DNA from: Bacteroidales bacterium
GTDB taxonomy: Bacteria > Bacteroidota > Bacteroidia > Bacteroidales > JAADGE01
Length of the DNA: 60,249 bases
Direction of reading: 5' to 3'
Assembly: GCA_029934515.1 (NCBI GenBank)
Contig: JAOZMB010000004.1
Coordinates: 1-60,249, forward strand
Shown here: positions 41,043-51,590 of the stretch, in pieces
Numbering within the stretch: position 1 is the stretch's first letter
Layout: each line of letters starts with the position of its first letter
Notes under the pieces: generated by a model
The model's database searches: none
The model's input: only the letters and a program-made list of their open reading frames with translations
Told to the model about the DNA's origin: nothing
Made by a program: the position numbers and the translations under genes

Positions 41043-42203
41043 TTAATTATGTTTTTTTAATTTTATTAATACTTTCATCAACGGATTTTTGAAACGATAT
41101 TTACGTTTTCGAGTACTTCCTGTTCTTTCAAGAATTTTGCCTCTCTCTGGACGACAGAGCATACCAATATTGTATCTAATTGCTTCTTCTTGTGTTTTTG
41201 TTTTTGTAATTGCATTATATTTGTCAAGTACTTTTTCAATTGTATAAGTATCTGATTCATCTGGTTCAACAATTGCACAGGCATAAACAATATCTTCGAA
41301 TTTGTTTTTGCTACCAGCAGATTTCACGGCAAGCGAATAAGACGTATTAAGACTGTGTTCGGAGTTTTTAATACTCATCTTAACAGCATAATCAAATTGT
41401 TTTTTTGTTATTTTGTTGAGGTTATTTACAACAGTATTGTATGCTGCAAATTTACACAACAAGTGTATATAATGAGGAAATCCAGACGAGTATTCAATAA
41501 TTTTTTCAACAATATTTTTGCTTATAGTTAGTCTCAGCGATTGTAAATTTCTGCTAATTAATAATTCAGCTTCATGTCGTGTCATAACTGGTAATTTTAT
41601 TTGTTTTATACATCGTTCTAGCGAAGGATGATATCCTATTAAATCAGCAATATTTCGAGCAATACCAATTATCAGCAATGTAACATTAGGAACATTATCA
41701 GAAAATGATTTTATTGTATCTGCCATCATTATTTTTGTTTCATTACTGCTCACACAATCAAATTCATCAAAAACAAGTAATATAGGACTCTGAATTTCAA
41801 TAAATAATTCTTCTACATCTGATGTATCTATAAAGTTTTTTTTAGGTAATATTAATTGAACAAGTTCGGATTTTTCTGATGTGTTAAATCCAATTTCATA
41901 TTTCGACCTATAATATTTCACTTTTCTTGTCATTTTATTCCAAAGCGACATATAGTTATCTGTTCTGTTACATGTTATTTTAGCAATAAAAACATTTGTA
42001 AATACTTGGTTTAGTATGTTTGCAAGTGATGTTTTTCCGGCTCCTCTTTTCCCGTACATTATAGCATGTTGTCCATTTTCTTCGATTGCTGTTTTTATAT
42101 TAAAAATTTGTTTATTCCTTCCAGCAAATAAATTTATATTTTTGATAGGTGCCGATGGACTGAATATCTGATATATAGCTGATATTTTTTCTTCTTTTGT
42201 CAT
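41043..42203 (-). CDS. AAA+/STAND-like ATPase with a probable C-terminal winged helix
   Basis: FSPS.PI...LFAGR, Walker A GKRGAGKT, Walker B LLVFDEFD, SGFP.Y (GxP), YRF.NPL. Confidence 0.85.
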   Translation of the reverse strand: MTKEEKISAIYQIFSPSAPIKNINLFAGRNKQIFNIKTAIEENGQHAIMYGKRGAGKTSLANILNQVFTNVFIAKITCNRTDNYMSLWNKMTRKVKYYRSKYEIGFNTSEKSELVQLILPKKNFIDTSDVEELFIEIQSPILLVFDEFDCVSSNETKIMMADTIKSFSDNVPNVTLLIIGIARNIADLIGYHPSLERCIKQIKLPVMTRHEAELLISRNLQSLRLTISKNIVEKIIEYSSGFPHYIHLLCKFAAYNTVVNNLNKITKKQFDYAVKMSIKNSEHSLNTSYSLAVKSAGSKNKFEDIVYACAIVEPDESDTYTIEKVLDKYNAITKTKTQEEAIRYNIGMLCRPERGKILERTGSTRKRKYRFKNPLMKVLIKLKKHN

Positions 42204-42284
42204 TTTTTTATTTATTTATAAAATTTATATTTTTTTTCAAATATAAAATAATACATTTGTACTGAAACAAACAAAATTTTTTTT

Positions 42285-43499
42285 ATGAAAAATTTAAAAT
42301 TTACAGCAGGCAACAAGGGTGGACGTGTACGTTCTGATTGCTATGTAACTTTTGAGCCGAAAGAATCAGGCGGGATAAGTATAAATTTACAAAGTAAAGT
42401 TGGTGTGATGTATGGTGATGCAATAAAAGAACTTTGTAGAAAGGAATTGGATTTTTTTGGTATTAAAAATGCGTTAATTACTATTGAGGATTCAGGAGCG
42501 TTGGATTTCACAATTGCAGCTCGCATAGAATCTGTTGTGAGACAGGCTACTGGTACAGAGAAGGAGTTCTTGCTTGATATGCTTGATGCAAATAAATATC
42601 AAACGTTGAGAGATAGATTTAGGTTTTCGCGGCTTTATTTGCCTGGCAATACACCAAGTATGATGATAAATGCTGGTATTCATCAACCTAATGGAATTAT
42701 TCTTGACCTCGAAGATTCTGTGGCACATGTCAAAAAATCAGAAGCACAACTTCTGATAAGAAATGCTCTTAGAGCAGTGAATTTTTATAAAGCAGAAAGG
42801 ATGGTTCGTATTAATCAATTACCAAACGGACTCGATGATATTAAATTTGTTGTGAGACATTATGTTAATCTTTTGTTGATACCTAAATGCGAAAGTTCCA
42901 AACAAATTAAACAAGTTGATGATGCTGTTGAGGCTGAAAGAAAAAAACATGGTTTCAAATATCCAGTTTATTACATGCCTATAATAGAAAGCGCACTTGG
43001 AGTTGAGAAAGCTTTTGAGATAGCAACTGCTTCTGATAATGTTGTTGCAGTAGCAATTGGCTTAGAAGATTTTACGGCAGATTTAGGAGTCAGACGAACA
43101 AAAGAAGGCAAGGAATCGCTTTATGCACGTACTCGTTTGGTAAATGCTTGTAAGGCGGCTGGTGTTCAAGCCATAGATTCTGTGTTCTCTGATGTTGCCG
43201 ATGAAGAAGGTTTATGTTTAAATGTTCAAACGTCAAAAGCACTCGGTTTTGAAGGAATGGGCTGTATTCATCCACGACAAATAAATCCAATACACAAAAA
43301 TTTTGCACCAGAGAAAGACCAAATCGAAAGAGCAAAAAAGATTATTATAGCTTTTGAAGATGCAAAAGAAAAAGGACTTGGCGTTATTTCAATAGGTACA
43401 AAAATGATAGACCCACCAGTTGTAAAAAGAGCTGAAACAACAGTAAAACTTGCCGTAAAATTAGGATTATTAAACAGCAATTGGATAGAAGAAGAGTAG
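42285..43499 (+). CDS. citE: Citrate lyase ACP (CitD)-beta subunit (CitE) fusion
   Basis: N-terminal ~90 aa CitD-like (RSDC, D.GALD..I.AR) fused to a CitE domain (ILDLEDSV, PIIESA.G, CIHPRQ, MIDPPV). Confidence 0.85.
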   Translation: MKNLKFTAGNKGGRVRSDCYVTFEPKESGGISINLQSKVGVMYGDAIKELCRKELDFFGIKNALITIEDSGALDFTIAARIESVVRQATGTEKEFLLDMLDANKYQTLRDRFRFSRLYLPGNTPSMMINAGIHQPNGIILDLEDSVAHVKKSEAQLLIRNALRAVNFYKAERMVRINQLPNGLDDIKFVVRHYVNLLLIPKCESSKQIKQVDDAVEAERKKHGFKYPVYYMPIIESALGVEKAFEIATASDNVVAVAIGLEDFTADLGVRRTKEGKESLYARTRLVNACKAAGVQAIDSVFSDVADEEGLCLNVQTSKALGFEGMGCIHPRQINPIHKNFAPEKDQIERAKKIIIAFEDAKEKGLGVISIGTKMIDPPVVKRAETTVKLAVKLGLLNSNWIEEE

Positions 43500-43562
43500 G
43501 AAGATTAATAAATCTTAATAAAACAGTAAAAATAATATTAATAATTATTTTAAAATTAACAA

Positions 43563-43598
43563 TAAAGTCGGTTCGGTGTTTGAACCTTGCCGACTTTA
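43563..43598. terminator. Hairpin between convergent citE and fcl
   Basis: TAAAGTCGG...CCGACTTTA. Confidence 0.5.
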
Positions 43599-43615
43599 AT
43601 ATTTACAAAAAGATA

Positions 43616-44707
43616 TTATAATTTGTAATTTTCGTATATTTTTTTTATTCCATTGTTAAGTGAAATTTTAGGATACCAACCAAGATTTTTTATTTTATTG
43701 ACATCTAATAATTTTCTAAAAGTTCCGTCTGGTTTAGAAATATCCCAAATTATTTTTCCTGAATAAGCAATAATATTTTTAATTTTTAATGCAAGTTCCT
43801 TAATACTAATATCTTCGCCACAGCCAATATTAATATGAGTATTTTTTATATCTTTTGATTTTCCTTTAATTTCATCAAAATTTATATTTTTCATAACAAA
43901 CACACAGGCATCAGCCATATCGTTTACATTAAGAAATTCTCTGTATGGATTTCCTGTTCCCCAAAGAGTAATTTCCGTTCTTGGTTTTTCTGATTTGTAT
44001 ATATGTTTGATTCCAAACTCAGATAGAACATTAATTATTTCTTTTTTGCTATTTTTTCCATTAATTCCTTTAATAGGATTTTTATTTAAATCAGATTTTA
44101 TTGCTTCCCAATTATTATCTTCAAGACATTTCCCAATATGTATTTTCCTCATAATTGCAGGCAAAACATGAGATTTTTCTAAATCATAATTATCATTCGA
44201 ACCATAAAGATTTGTTGGCATTACAGCAATAAAATTTGTTTTGTATTGAATATTATAAGATTCACACATTTTTATTCCAGCTATTTTTGCTATTGCATAA
44301 GGTTCATTTGTGTACTCTAATTCTGATGTTAATAAATATTCTTCTTTTAGTGGTTGTGTTGCATTTTTGGGATAAATACATGAGCTTCCAAGAAAAAGAA
44401 GTTTCTTTACTCCTGCTTTGTACGAGCTATGAATTACATTATTTTGTATCTGTAAATTATCGTATATAAATTCAGCTCTATAAACATTATTTGCCGCAAT
44501 ACCTCCGACTTTTGCAGCCGCAAGGAAGACGTATTCAGGTTTTTCTTTTTCAAAAAAATCAGTAACAGCTTGTTGATTTTTTAGATTAAGTTCCGAAAAA
44601 GTTCTGAATATAATATTGTTATATCCCTTATTTTTTAGATTTCGCAAAATAGCGGAGCCAACCATTCCTTTATGTCCAGCAATATATATTTTAGATTTTT
44701 TATTCAT
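43616..44707 (-). CDS. fcl: GDP-L-fucose synthase
   Basis: [40 protein letters not shown]. Confidence 0.96.
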   Translation of the reverse strand: MNKKSKIYIAGHKGMVGSAILRNLKNKGYNNIIFRTFSELNLKNQQAVTDFFEKEKPEYVFLAAAKVGGIAANNVYRAEFIYDNLQIQNNVIHSSYKAGVKKLLFLGSSCIYPKNATQPLKEEYLLTSELEYTNEPYAIAKIAGIKMCESYNIQYKTNFIAVMPTNLYGSNDNYDLEKSHVLPAIMRKIHIGKCLEDNNWEAIKSDLNKNPIKGINGKNSKKEIINVLSEFGIKHIYKSEKPRTEITLWGTGNPYREFLNVNDMADACVFVMKNINFDEIKGKSKDIKNTHINIGCGEDISIKELALKIKNIIAYSGKIIWDISKPDGTFRKLLDVNKIKNLGWYPKISLNNGIKKIYENYKL

Positions 44708-45818
44708 AATAATTTAAAATTTCATATCCGTTTTCTTTTAGGAATTGTTCTTTTTTCATTAATTTAATATCAGAATAAATCATATCTTTTATTAAATCAT
44801 CTAAATCGTATTTAAGTTTCCAATTAAGTTTCTTTCGAGCTTTTGAAGCATCTCCAATCAATAAATCGACTTCTGTTGGTCTGAAATATTGTGGGTCAAC
44901 TTCAAGTATAATTTTACCTTTTGGTAGTTCGTATTCAGAGTTTTTACATGAAACAATAAAAGCTTTTTCGTCTTTTCCTTTTCCTTTAAATTCGATATCA
45001 ATATTTAATACCTTAAAGGCTTTTCTTACAAATTCTCTTATTTCTGTTGTTATTCCAGTTGCAATAACATAATCGTCTGGACTGTCCTGTTGTAGTATTA
45101 GGTACATTGCACGAACATAATCTTTTGCATGTCCCCAGTCTCTTTTTGCTGATAGATTGCCAAGATACAGTTTTTCTTGTAGTCTGAGTACGATTCTTGC
45201 GAGTGCTCTTGTTATTTTTCTTGTAACAAAAGTTTCGCCTCTAATAGGGCTTTCATGGTTAAATAAAATTCCATTGCTTGCATGTATTCCGTATGCTTCT
45301 CTGTAATTGACTGTTATCCAGTAGGCATACATTTTTGCTACTGCATAAGGTGAGCGAGGATAAAACGGTGTTTTTTCTGTTTGTGGTATTTCCATAACTT
45401 CACCGTATAATTCCGAAGTTGATGCTTGATATATCTTTGTTTTTTCAACAAGATTCAAAAGTCTCACTGCTTCTAATATACGTAATGTTCCTAGTCCGTC
45501 TGCATTTGCTGTATATTCTGGCGTATCAAAACTAACTTTAACATGCGACATTGCCGCCAAATTATATATTTCATCAGGCTGTACATCTTGGATTATTTTT
45601 GTTAAATTCAAAGAATCTGTTAGGTCTCCATAGTGCAGGATAAAATTTCTATTTTTGATATGTGGATCCTGATATAAATGGTCAATCCTATCTGTATTAA
45701 ATAATGAACTCCTTCTTTTTATACCATGAACTTCATAATTTTTTTTTAATAAGAACTCAGCCAAATAAGCACCGTCTTGTCCAGTAATTCCAGTAATTAA
45801 AGCTTTTTTATTTTTCAT
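44700..45818 (-). CDS. gmd: GDP-mannose 4,6-dehydratase
   Basis: [38 protein letters not shown]. Confidence 0.98.
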   Translation of the reverse strand: MKNKKALITGITGQDGAYLAEFLLKKNYEVHGIKRRSSLFNTDRIDHLYQDPHIKNRNFILHYGDLTDSLNLTKIIQDVQPDEIYNLAAMSHVKVSFDTPEYTANADGLGTLRILEAVRLLNLVEKTKIYQASTSELYGEVMEIPQTEKTPFYPRSPYAVAKMYAYWITVNYREAYGIHASNGILFNHESPIRGETFVTRKITRALARIVLRLQEKLYLGNLSAKRDWGHAKDYVRAMYLILQQDSPDDYVIATGITTEIREFVRKAFKVLNIDIEFKGKGKDEKAFIVSCKNSEYELPKGKIILEVDPQYFRPTEVDLLIGDASKARKKLNWKLKYDLDDLIKDMIYSDIKLMKKEQFLKENGYEILNYYE

Positions 45819-45869
45819 AAATATTTTTAGAATTTTAAATTTGTGTTAGTCAATATATTACATTAATTT

Positions 45870-47687
45870 CTAAAAAAACTGTAATTCATAAAGTTTTTTG
45901 TAAGTTCCGTTTTTTGATATTAATTTTTCGTGTGTTCCTTGTTCGATAATTCTTCCTTCATCGAGTACGCAAATTACGTCTGCATTTTTTATTGTCGATA
46001 GTCTGTGTGCGATTACTATTGATGTTCTATTTTTCATTAGTTCGTTAAGAGACTGTTGTACAAGTTTTTCGGATTCTGTGTCCAATGCTGATGTTGCTTC
46101 GTCGAGTATCATTATTGGTGGGTTTTTAAGTATTGCTCTTGCGATGCTCAGTCTTTGGCGTTGTCCACCCGATAATTTTGTTCCTCCGTCTCCGATGTTT
46201 GTTTGATATTTTTTTTCTGATTTTGTAATAAATCCGTGTGCATTTGCTATCTTTGCGGCTTTAATTATTTCTTTTTCTGAAACGTTTTTTGCACCGAAAG
46301 CAATATTTTCGTAAAATGTATCATTAAACAAAATAGGTTCTTGGTTTACATTTCCCATTAAATTTCGTAGTTCTTTTATTCTAAGGTCTTTAATATTTAT
46401 ATTATCAATTAATATTTCTCCTTCTTGGATGTCATAAAATCTTGGTAATAAATCTACAAGCGTAGTTTTTCCTGAACCAGACTGCCCTACAAGTGCAATA
46501 GTTTGACCTTTTTCTAATGTTATATTAATATCTTTAAGAACATATTTTTCATCATATTTAAAATATATATTTCTAAATTCTATTTTAGAATTAAAAGATT
46601 TGATTGGAATTGCATCTTTTTTTTCAGGTATTTTTTCTTTTGCAATAAGTATTTTATTAACACGTTCAATTGATGCTAATCCTTTTCTTACTTCGTAATA
46701 TGCTGTTGAGAATGCTTTTGCTGGCGGAATTATTTGCGAAAAAACTGCTATAAAACCTATAAATTCTTGTGGAGTTAAACTGCTCTCTTTGTTAAGAACA
46801 AGCGAACCTCCGTAATACATTATAAACACCATGACTATAACTCCGAGCAGTTCACTAAGCGGAGAAGCAACATAGTTCTTTCGTGTTAATCTGTTCATTA
46901 CTTTTGTGTAAACATTATTTAATTTTTTAAATTTTTGCTCGGTTTTTTGCTCAGCTGTAAATGCTTTTATTACTCTTATTCCAGATAGTGTTTCTTCTAT
47001 ATTAGATAGTAATTCGCCGAGATGTGTCTGTGCTATTTTGGAATCTCTTTTCAGAGTACGTCCCACAAAGCCTATTATTACACCACTTAATGGCAATAAT
47101 AATAATAAGAAAATAGTTAACTCTGGACTCATCCAGATTAATGTACCAAGAAAAAATATTATTGTAAATGGCTCTCTGAATGATGCTTCTATTGATTTCA
47201 TTATTGACCATTCAATTTCTTTTACATCGTTGGATATTCGCGAAATAATATCTCCTTTCCGCTCTTCTGAATAATAAGATATTGGTAAATAAAGTATTTT
47301 TGTAAAAATATTATTTCTAATATCTTTTACAATTCCGTTTCTTATTGGAGCCATAAAGAAATTTGCAGTTACACGAAATATATTTTTTAATGCAACAACA
47401 ATAACTACAATAAAACTAACAAAAAGCAATGCTGATGGCTTACCTTCTTCAATAATTACCTGACTTATATAATAGTTAAAATTTTGGGTTAATGAATCAA
47501 TCGAAAACTCAAAATTCGGTTTTATTGTAATAAGTTCTTGTTGTTCGAATAATATGCTTAAAAAAGGAATCACAAGTACAAGCGCAGAGAGCGAAAAAAT
47601 AACCTGTATAATATTAAAAACAATATTTCCTACGGCGTACAATTTATACGGTGCAATATATTCGTATATTTTTTTTAGAACTTTCAT
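45870..47687 (-). CDS. ABC exporter, fused permease/ATPase (MsbA-like)
   Basis: N-terminal TM domain; GQSGSGKT, LSGGQRQR, ILDEATSALD, IAHRLST. Confidence 0.93.
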   Translation of the reverse strand: MKVLKKIYEYIAPYKLYAVGNIVFNIIQVIFSLSALVLVIPFLSILFEQQELITIKPNFEFSIDSLTQNFNYYISQVIIEEGKPSALLFVSFIVVIVVALKNIFRVTANFFMAPIRNGIVKDIRNNIFTKILYLPISYYSEERKGDIISRISNDVKEIEWSIMKSIEASFREPFTIIFFLGTLIWMSPELTIFLLLLLPLSGVIIGFVGRTLKRDSKIAQTHLGELLSNIEETLSGIRVIKAFTAEQKTEQKFKKLNNVYTKVMNRLTRKNYVASPLSELLGVIVMVFIMYYGGSLVLNKESSLTPQEFIGFIAVFSQIIPPAKAFSTAYYEVRKGLASIERVNKILIAKEKIPEKKDAIPIKSFNSKIEFRNIYFKYDEKYVLKDINITLEKGQTIALVGQSGSGKTTLVDLLPRFYDIQEGEILIDNINIKDLRIKELRNLMGNVNQEPILFNDTFYENIAFGAKNVSEKEIIKAAKIANAHGFITKSEKKYQTNIGDGGTKLSGGQRQRLSIARAILKNPPIMILDEATSALDTESEKLVQQSLNELMKNRTSIVIAHRLSTIKNADVICVLDEGRIIEQGTHEKLISKNGTYKKLYELQFF

Positions 47688-47720
47688 TATTATTTATATT
47701 TTAAAATTCATAAAGTATGT

Positions 47721-47841
47721 TATGGCAAACGCATCAAAAAAAAATCAGTGTTTATCTGTGTTCCTATTACTCCGATAAATAGGAACGCAGAAGAACGCTG
47801 ATTATACGGATATTTCACGGATTTTGTTGCGTTTTACACTA
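47721..47841. mobile_element. Miniature element with ISAs1-like ends (copy 1)
   Basis: TATGGCAAACGCATCAAAA ... TTTTGTTGCGTTTTACACTA inverted ends; strong internal hairpin. Confidence 0.5.
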
Positions 47842-48020
47842 AAAGTATTTTAATTTTTAATTAAAAAATATTTTTTGCAAATGTAATTTAAGTTTTATAA
47901 AAATTACAATTTATTTTAAATAATTAAGTTAATCTTAACACAAGAAATTGATAACTGATTTTTATCATTAATTTGTTTTAAATTATTTCTAATTTTTGCA
48001 AACATTAAAATTAATAAAAT

Positions 48021-48455
48021 ATGAGTGTAAAAATTTCAAAAATAGGAATAAAAAGTATCGACAATCATCACAAAAAGATAAAAAAAACAATTAATTTGCT
48101 TTCAAATATAATTGAAAATGAGACGTATAATAGTAAAAATCTGTCTGATTTTTTTTATAAATTTATTTTTTGTATAGAAGATTATTTTACTGATGAAGAA
48201 CTATTGTATAAGAGTTATTCTTATCCATATTTATTAGAACTAAAAAAAGAACACTCTAATTTCATCAAAAAATTTAATAAAATAAAACATAATTATATCA
48301 ATGATTCAAAAGAAACATGTTATAAATTAGATTATTTTTTAAATAATTGGTACAACTCTTACATTATAAATTATAATGAAGATGCTACGAATTTTCTGTT
48401 ATTTTCATTAAATATATATAAAACAGAGGACTCAATAAATGCCAAATATCTTTAA
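48021..48455 (+). CDS. Degenerate hemerythrin-like protein
   Basis: IGI..ID.HHK, YF.DEE...Y.YP, KKEH pattern; several His ligands replaced. Confidence 0.65.
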   Translation: MSVKISKIGIKSIDNHHKKIKKTINLLSNIIENETYNSKNLSDFFYKFIFCIEDYFTDEELLYKSYSYPYLLELKKEHSNFIKKFNKIKHNYINDSKETCYKLDYFLNNWYNSYIINYNEDATNFLLFSLNIYKTEDSINAKYL

Positions 48456-48479
48456 AAATTTATTTTTTTATTTCATTAT

Positions 48480-49010
48480 TTAGAATAGTGTTTTATTATT
48501 AAAACAATTATTCTCTAATCTTAATAATCGTTTTTTTAAAGGTAATCCTCCAGCATATCCAACAAGTGCACCATTATTGCCAATGATACGATGACATGGA
48601 ATAATTAAACCTATTGAATTTGCCGCATTTGCTCCAGCAACAGCTCTTACCGCTTTTTTATTACCTATTTTTTCTGCGATTCTTTTGTAGGAAGATGTTT
48701 CTCCGTAATGTACTTTTATAAGTTCCTTCCAAACACTTTTCTGAAAAATAGTTCCTACTGTTAACAATGGAATATCAAAATATTTTCTTTTACAATTAAA
48801 ATATTCATCAAGTTGTGTTCTTGTTTTTTGTAAAATATTATCGTCTTTTTCGACAAAATAAGCATCTAAACCTTTTTTGATTCTATTATTAACTGTATTT
48901 TTATTTTTCCTATATCTGAAATCAAGCAAACAAAGTTTTTTATCAAAAGACCCCAACATTAACTCATCGTATTTAGTTTTGTGATATTGTATGTTAATTT
49001 TATTTCTCAT
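48480..49010 (-). CDS. ogt: Methylated-DNA--protein-cysteine methyltransferase
   Basis: GT.FQ..VW, AVRAVA.A, IPCHR active site, GYAGG..K..LL.LE. Confidence 0.95.
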   Translation of the reverse strand: MRNKINIQYHKTKYDELMLGSFDKKLCLLDFRYRKNKNTVNNRIKKGLDAYFVEKDDNILQKTRTQLDEYFNCKRKYFDIPLLTVGTIFQKSVWKELIKVHYGETSSYKRIAEKIGNKKAVRAVAGANAANSIGLIIPCHRIIGNNGALVGYAGGLPLKKRLLRLENNCFNNKTLF

Positions 49011-49034
49011 ATTATAATTTTGTTGGTATTAATA

Positions 49035-49108
49035 ATGAGTAAAACGCATCAAAATATCTAAATACTGAAAAAATCAAGTATAGATTTATTTTTGATGCGT
49101 TTGTCTTA
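49035..49108. mobile_element. Miniature element with ISAs1-like ends (copy 2)
   Basis: GAGTAAAACGCATCAAAA ... TTTTGATGCGTTTGTCTTA. Confidence 0.5.
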
Positions 49109-49141
49109 TATGTATAAAAAAAATTAAAATTTACATTTCTA

Positions 49142-49945
49142 TTATTTATTCAAATGAACATCCATTTGAGGAAATGGAATTTTGATATTATTTTCATCAA
49201 GTGCTTCTTTACAGGCTTGGTATATATCAAAATAAACATTCCAGTAATCATCTGGATCACAATATGGTTGTACGGCAAGGTCTACTGAGCTTCCACCAAG
49301 TCCAACGACACCAACAAAAGGCATTGGGTCTTTCAAAACTTTTGGGTTTTTTTTCATTGTTTCAGTCAAAACTTTTTTTGCAGTTCTTATATTTGCAGAG
49401 TAAGAAATACCAATTTTAAGGTCGACTCTAATTTTTCCTTCTGTTGTGTAATTTGTAATATTTCCGTTTGATATTGTACCATTAGGAATGATTACAGTTT
49501 TATTATCTGGTGTCAATAATGTTGTTACAAAAACTTGAATTTCTTTTACGTTACCGGTATATCCTTCAGCTTCGATTAAATCGCCAACTTTATATGGTTT
49601 AAAAATTAAAATAAGTACTCCACCAGCAAAATTAGCAAGTGTTCCCTGCAAAGCAAGACCAATAGCAAGACCTCCAGCTCCTATTATCGCCACAAATGAA
49701 GTCGTTGCTATTCCAACAATATCAGCAACACTTATAAGTATTAATACCTTTAGCAAAATATTTATTAGACCTTTAATAAACGGTATCAGTGATTTGTCTG
49801 TTGCTTTTTTCCTCATCAATTTATCACTCAGTTTTACAAGTTTATTAACAATTACAAAACCTATTATAAGAACCGCAACAGCTAATAGAACTTTGGGCCC
49901 GTACTCCATTATCATCTCAATAGCTTTCTGAATATAACTTTCCAT
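49142..49945 (-). CDS. mscS: Small-conductance mechanosensitive channel
   Basis: GLAIGLALQGTLANFAGG, KPYKVGD, IIPN, IPFPQ. Confidence 0.95.
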   Translation of the reverse strand: MESYIQKAIEMIMEYGPKVLLAVAVLIIGFVIVNKLVKLSDKLMRKKATDKSLIPFIKGLINILLKVLILISVADIVGIATTSFVAIIGAGGLAIGLALQGTLANFAGGVLILIFKPYKVGDLIEAEGYTGNVKEIQVFVTTLLTPDNKTVIIPNGTISNGNITNYTTEGKIRVDLKIGISYSANIRTAKKVLTETMKKNPKVLKDPMPFVGVVGLGGSSVDLAVQPYCDPDDYWNVYFDIYQACKEALDENNIKIPFPQMDVHLNK

Positions 49946-49994
49946 AGTTTTATTTTATTTAAAAATTTAACAGTTAATTATTACAATAAATAAT

Positions 49995-50035
49995 AAAAAA
50001 AAACTTAAGTAATTTAGAATTGTCAATTACTTAAG
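49995..50035 (-). terminator. Terminator after gdhA
   Basis: CTTAAGTAATT...AATTACTTAAG hairpin flanked by A/T runs. Confidence 0.6.
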
Positions 50036-50080
50036 CTTTTTTTTATAAATTAAAATTAAATTAATTATTTTTTATTCAAC

Positions 50081-51421
50081 TTACACTAATCCTTGTGCTA
50101 GCATCGCTTCTGCTATTTTTACAAATCCAGCAATATTTGCACCTTTAACATAATCAATATAATCATCATTGATTTTTCCGTATTTCATACAAGATAAGTG
50201 AATATCAGACATTATTCTTTTTAATTTTTCGTCTACTTCTTCTCTTGTCCAGCTGAAACGCAGTGAGTTTTGACTCATTTCGAGTCCAGATACTGCAACT
50301 CCTCCTGCATTTGATGCTTTACCTGGAGCATAAAGGATTTTTGCTTTTTGAAAGATAGCAATTGCTTCTGGTGTACAAGGCATATTCGCACCTTCGGATA
50401 CACAAATCACTCCATTATCTACTAGGTTTTTAGCATCAGTTTCGTTTAGCTCGTTTTGAGTTGCACACGGGAACGCCATATCTACTTTTTGTTCCCAAGG
50501 CTTTTTACCTGGAAAGAATTCAACTCCAAATTTTTCTGCATAAGGTTGAATTATATCATTATTTGTTGCACGTAGTTCGAGCATATATTCAATTTTATCT
50601 CCAGTTATTCCTTCTGGCACATAAATGTATCCGTCTGGTCCTGATATAGCTACAACAATTCCACCGAGTTGGCTTACTTTTTGGACTGTTCCCCAAGCAA
50701 CATTTCCAAACCCTGATACAGCAACTTTTTTACCTTTAATAGTATCACCTTTTATTGCAAGCATTTCTTGTGCAAAATAAACAGTTCCGTACCCAGTTGC
50801 TTCTGGTCTGATAAGACTTCCTCCCCATTCGAGTCCTTTTCCGGTAAGTACTCCTGTGAATTCATTTCTAATGCGTTTATATTGTCCGTAAAGGAATCCT
50901 ATTTCACGTCCTCCGACTCCAAGGTCTCCCGCTGGGATATCAGTATTTGGTCCGATATGTCGTTGTAATTCTGTCATAAAACTTTGACAAAATCTCATAA
51001 CTTCTGCATCTGATTTTCCTTTTGGGTCGAAATCTGAACCTCCTTTACCACCACCCATTGGTAATGTTGTCAAACCATTTTTAAGAGTTTGTTCAAAAGC
51101 AAGGAATTTTAATAGACCAAGATAAACAGTAGGATGGAAACGAAGTCCACCTTTATATGGTCCTATTGCACTGTTCATTTCTATACGGTATCCTCTATTT
51201 ATTTGTATTTCACCATCATCTGAGACCCATGGAACTCTAAAAAGTATTACTCGTTCTGGTTCGACCATTCTTTCAAGAATTTTAGCTTCTCTGTATTTTG
51301 GGTTTTCATCAATAAAATCAATCACCGATTCTACCACTTCTTCTACTGCCTGATGAAATTCTTTTTCGCCTTTATTCTTTGCGATAACTTCATCCATGAA
51401 TATTTTTACTTTCGGGTTCAT
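50081..51421 (-). CDS. gdhA: Glutamate dehydrogenase (NAD(P)-specific)
   Basis: GPYKGGLRFHP, MGGGKGG, RPEATGYG, SGFGNV, EGANMP. Confidence 0.97.
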   Translation of the reverse strand: MNPKVKIFMDEVIAKNKGEKEFHQAVEEVVESVIDFIDENPKYREAKILERMVEPERVILFRVPWVSDDGEIQINRGYRIEMNSAIGPYKGGLRFHPTVYLGLLKFLAFEQTLKNGLTTLPMGGGKGGSDFDPKGKSDAEVMRFCQSFMTELQRHIGPNTDIPAGDLGVGGREIGFLYGQYKRIRNEFTGVLTGKGLEWGGSLIRPEATGYGTVYFAQEMLAIKGDTIKGKKVAVSGFGNVAWGTVQKVSQLGGIVVAISGPDGYIYVPEGITGDKIEYMLELRATNNDIIQPYAEKFGVEFFPGKKPWEQKVDMAFPCATQNELNETDAKNLVDNGVICVSEGANMPCTPEAIAIFQKAKILYAPGKASNAGGVAVSGLEMSQNSLRFSWTREEVDEKLKRIMSDIHLSCMKYGKINDDYIDYVKGANIAGFVKIAEAMLAQGLV

Positions 51422-51590
51422 ATCTTATATTGTTTTATATATAGAAAAATAATTGTACAAATATAAAATTATATTTTAAAAACAAAATATATTATAACAA
51501 CATTTTTATTATGATTTTAATCATGTTTTTCTCATCGTTAAATACAACAACAATTTATAATATAAATTGTATATTTTAAGGTTCAGATTT

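Noticed and set aside
41043-42203. ATPase as the sigma-54 enhancer-binding protein
   Set aside because: No GAFTGA loop or Fis-type HTH; the motifs fit a STAND/ORC-like ATPase.
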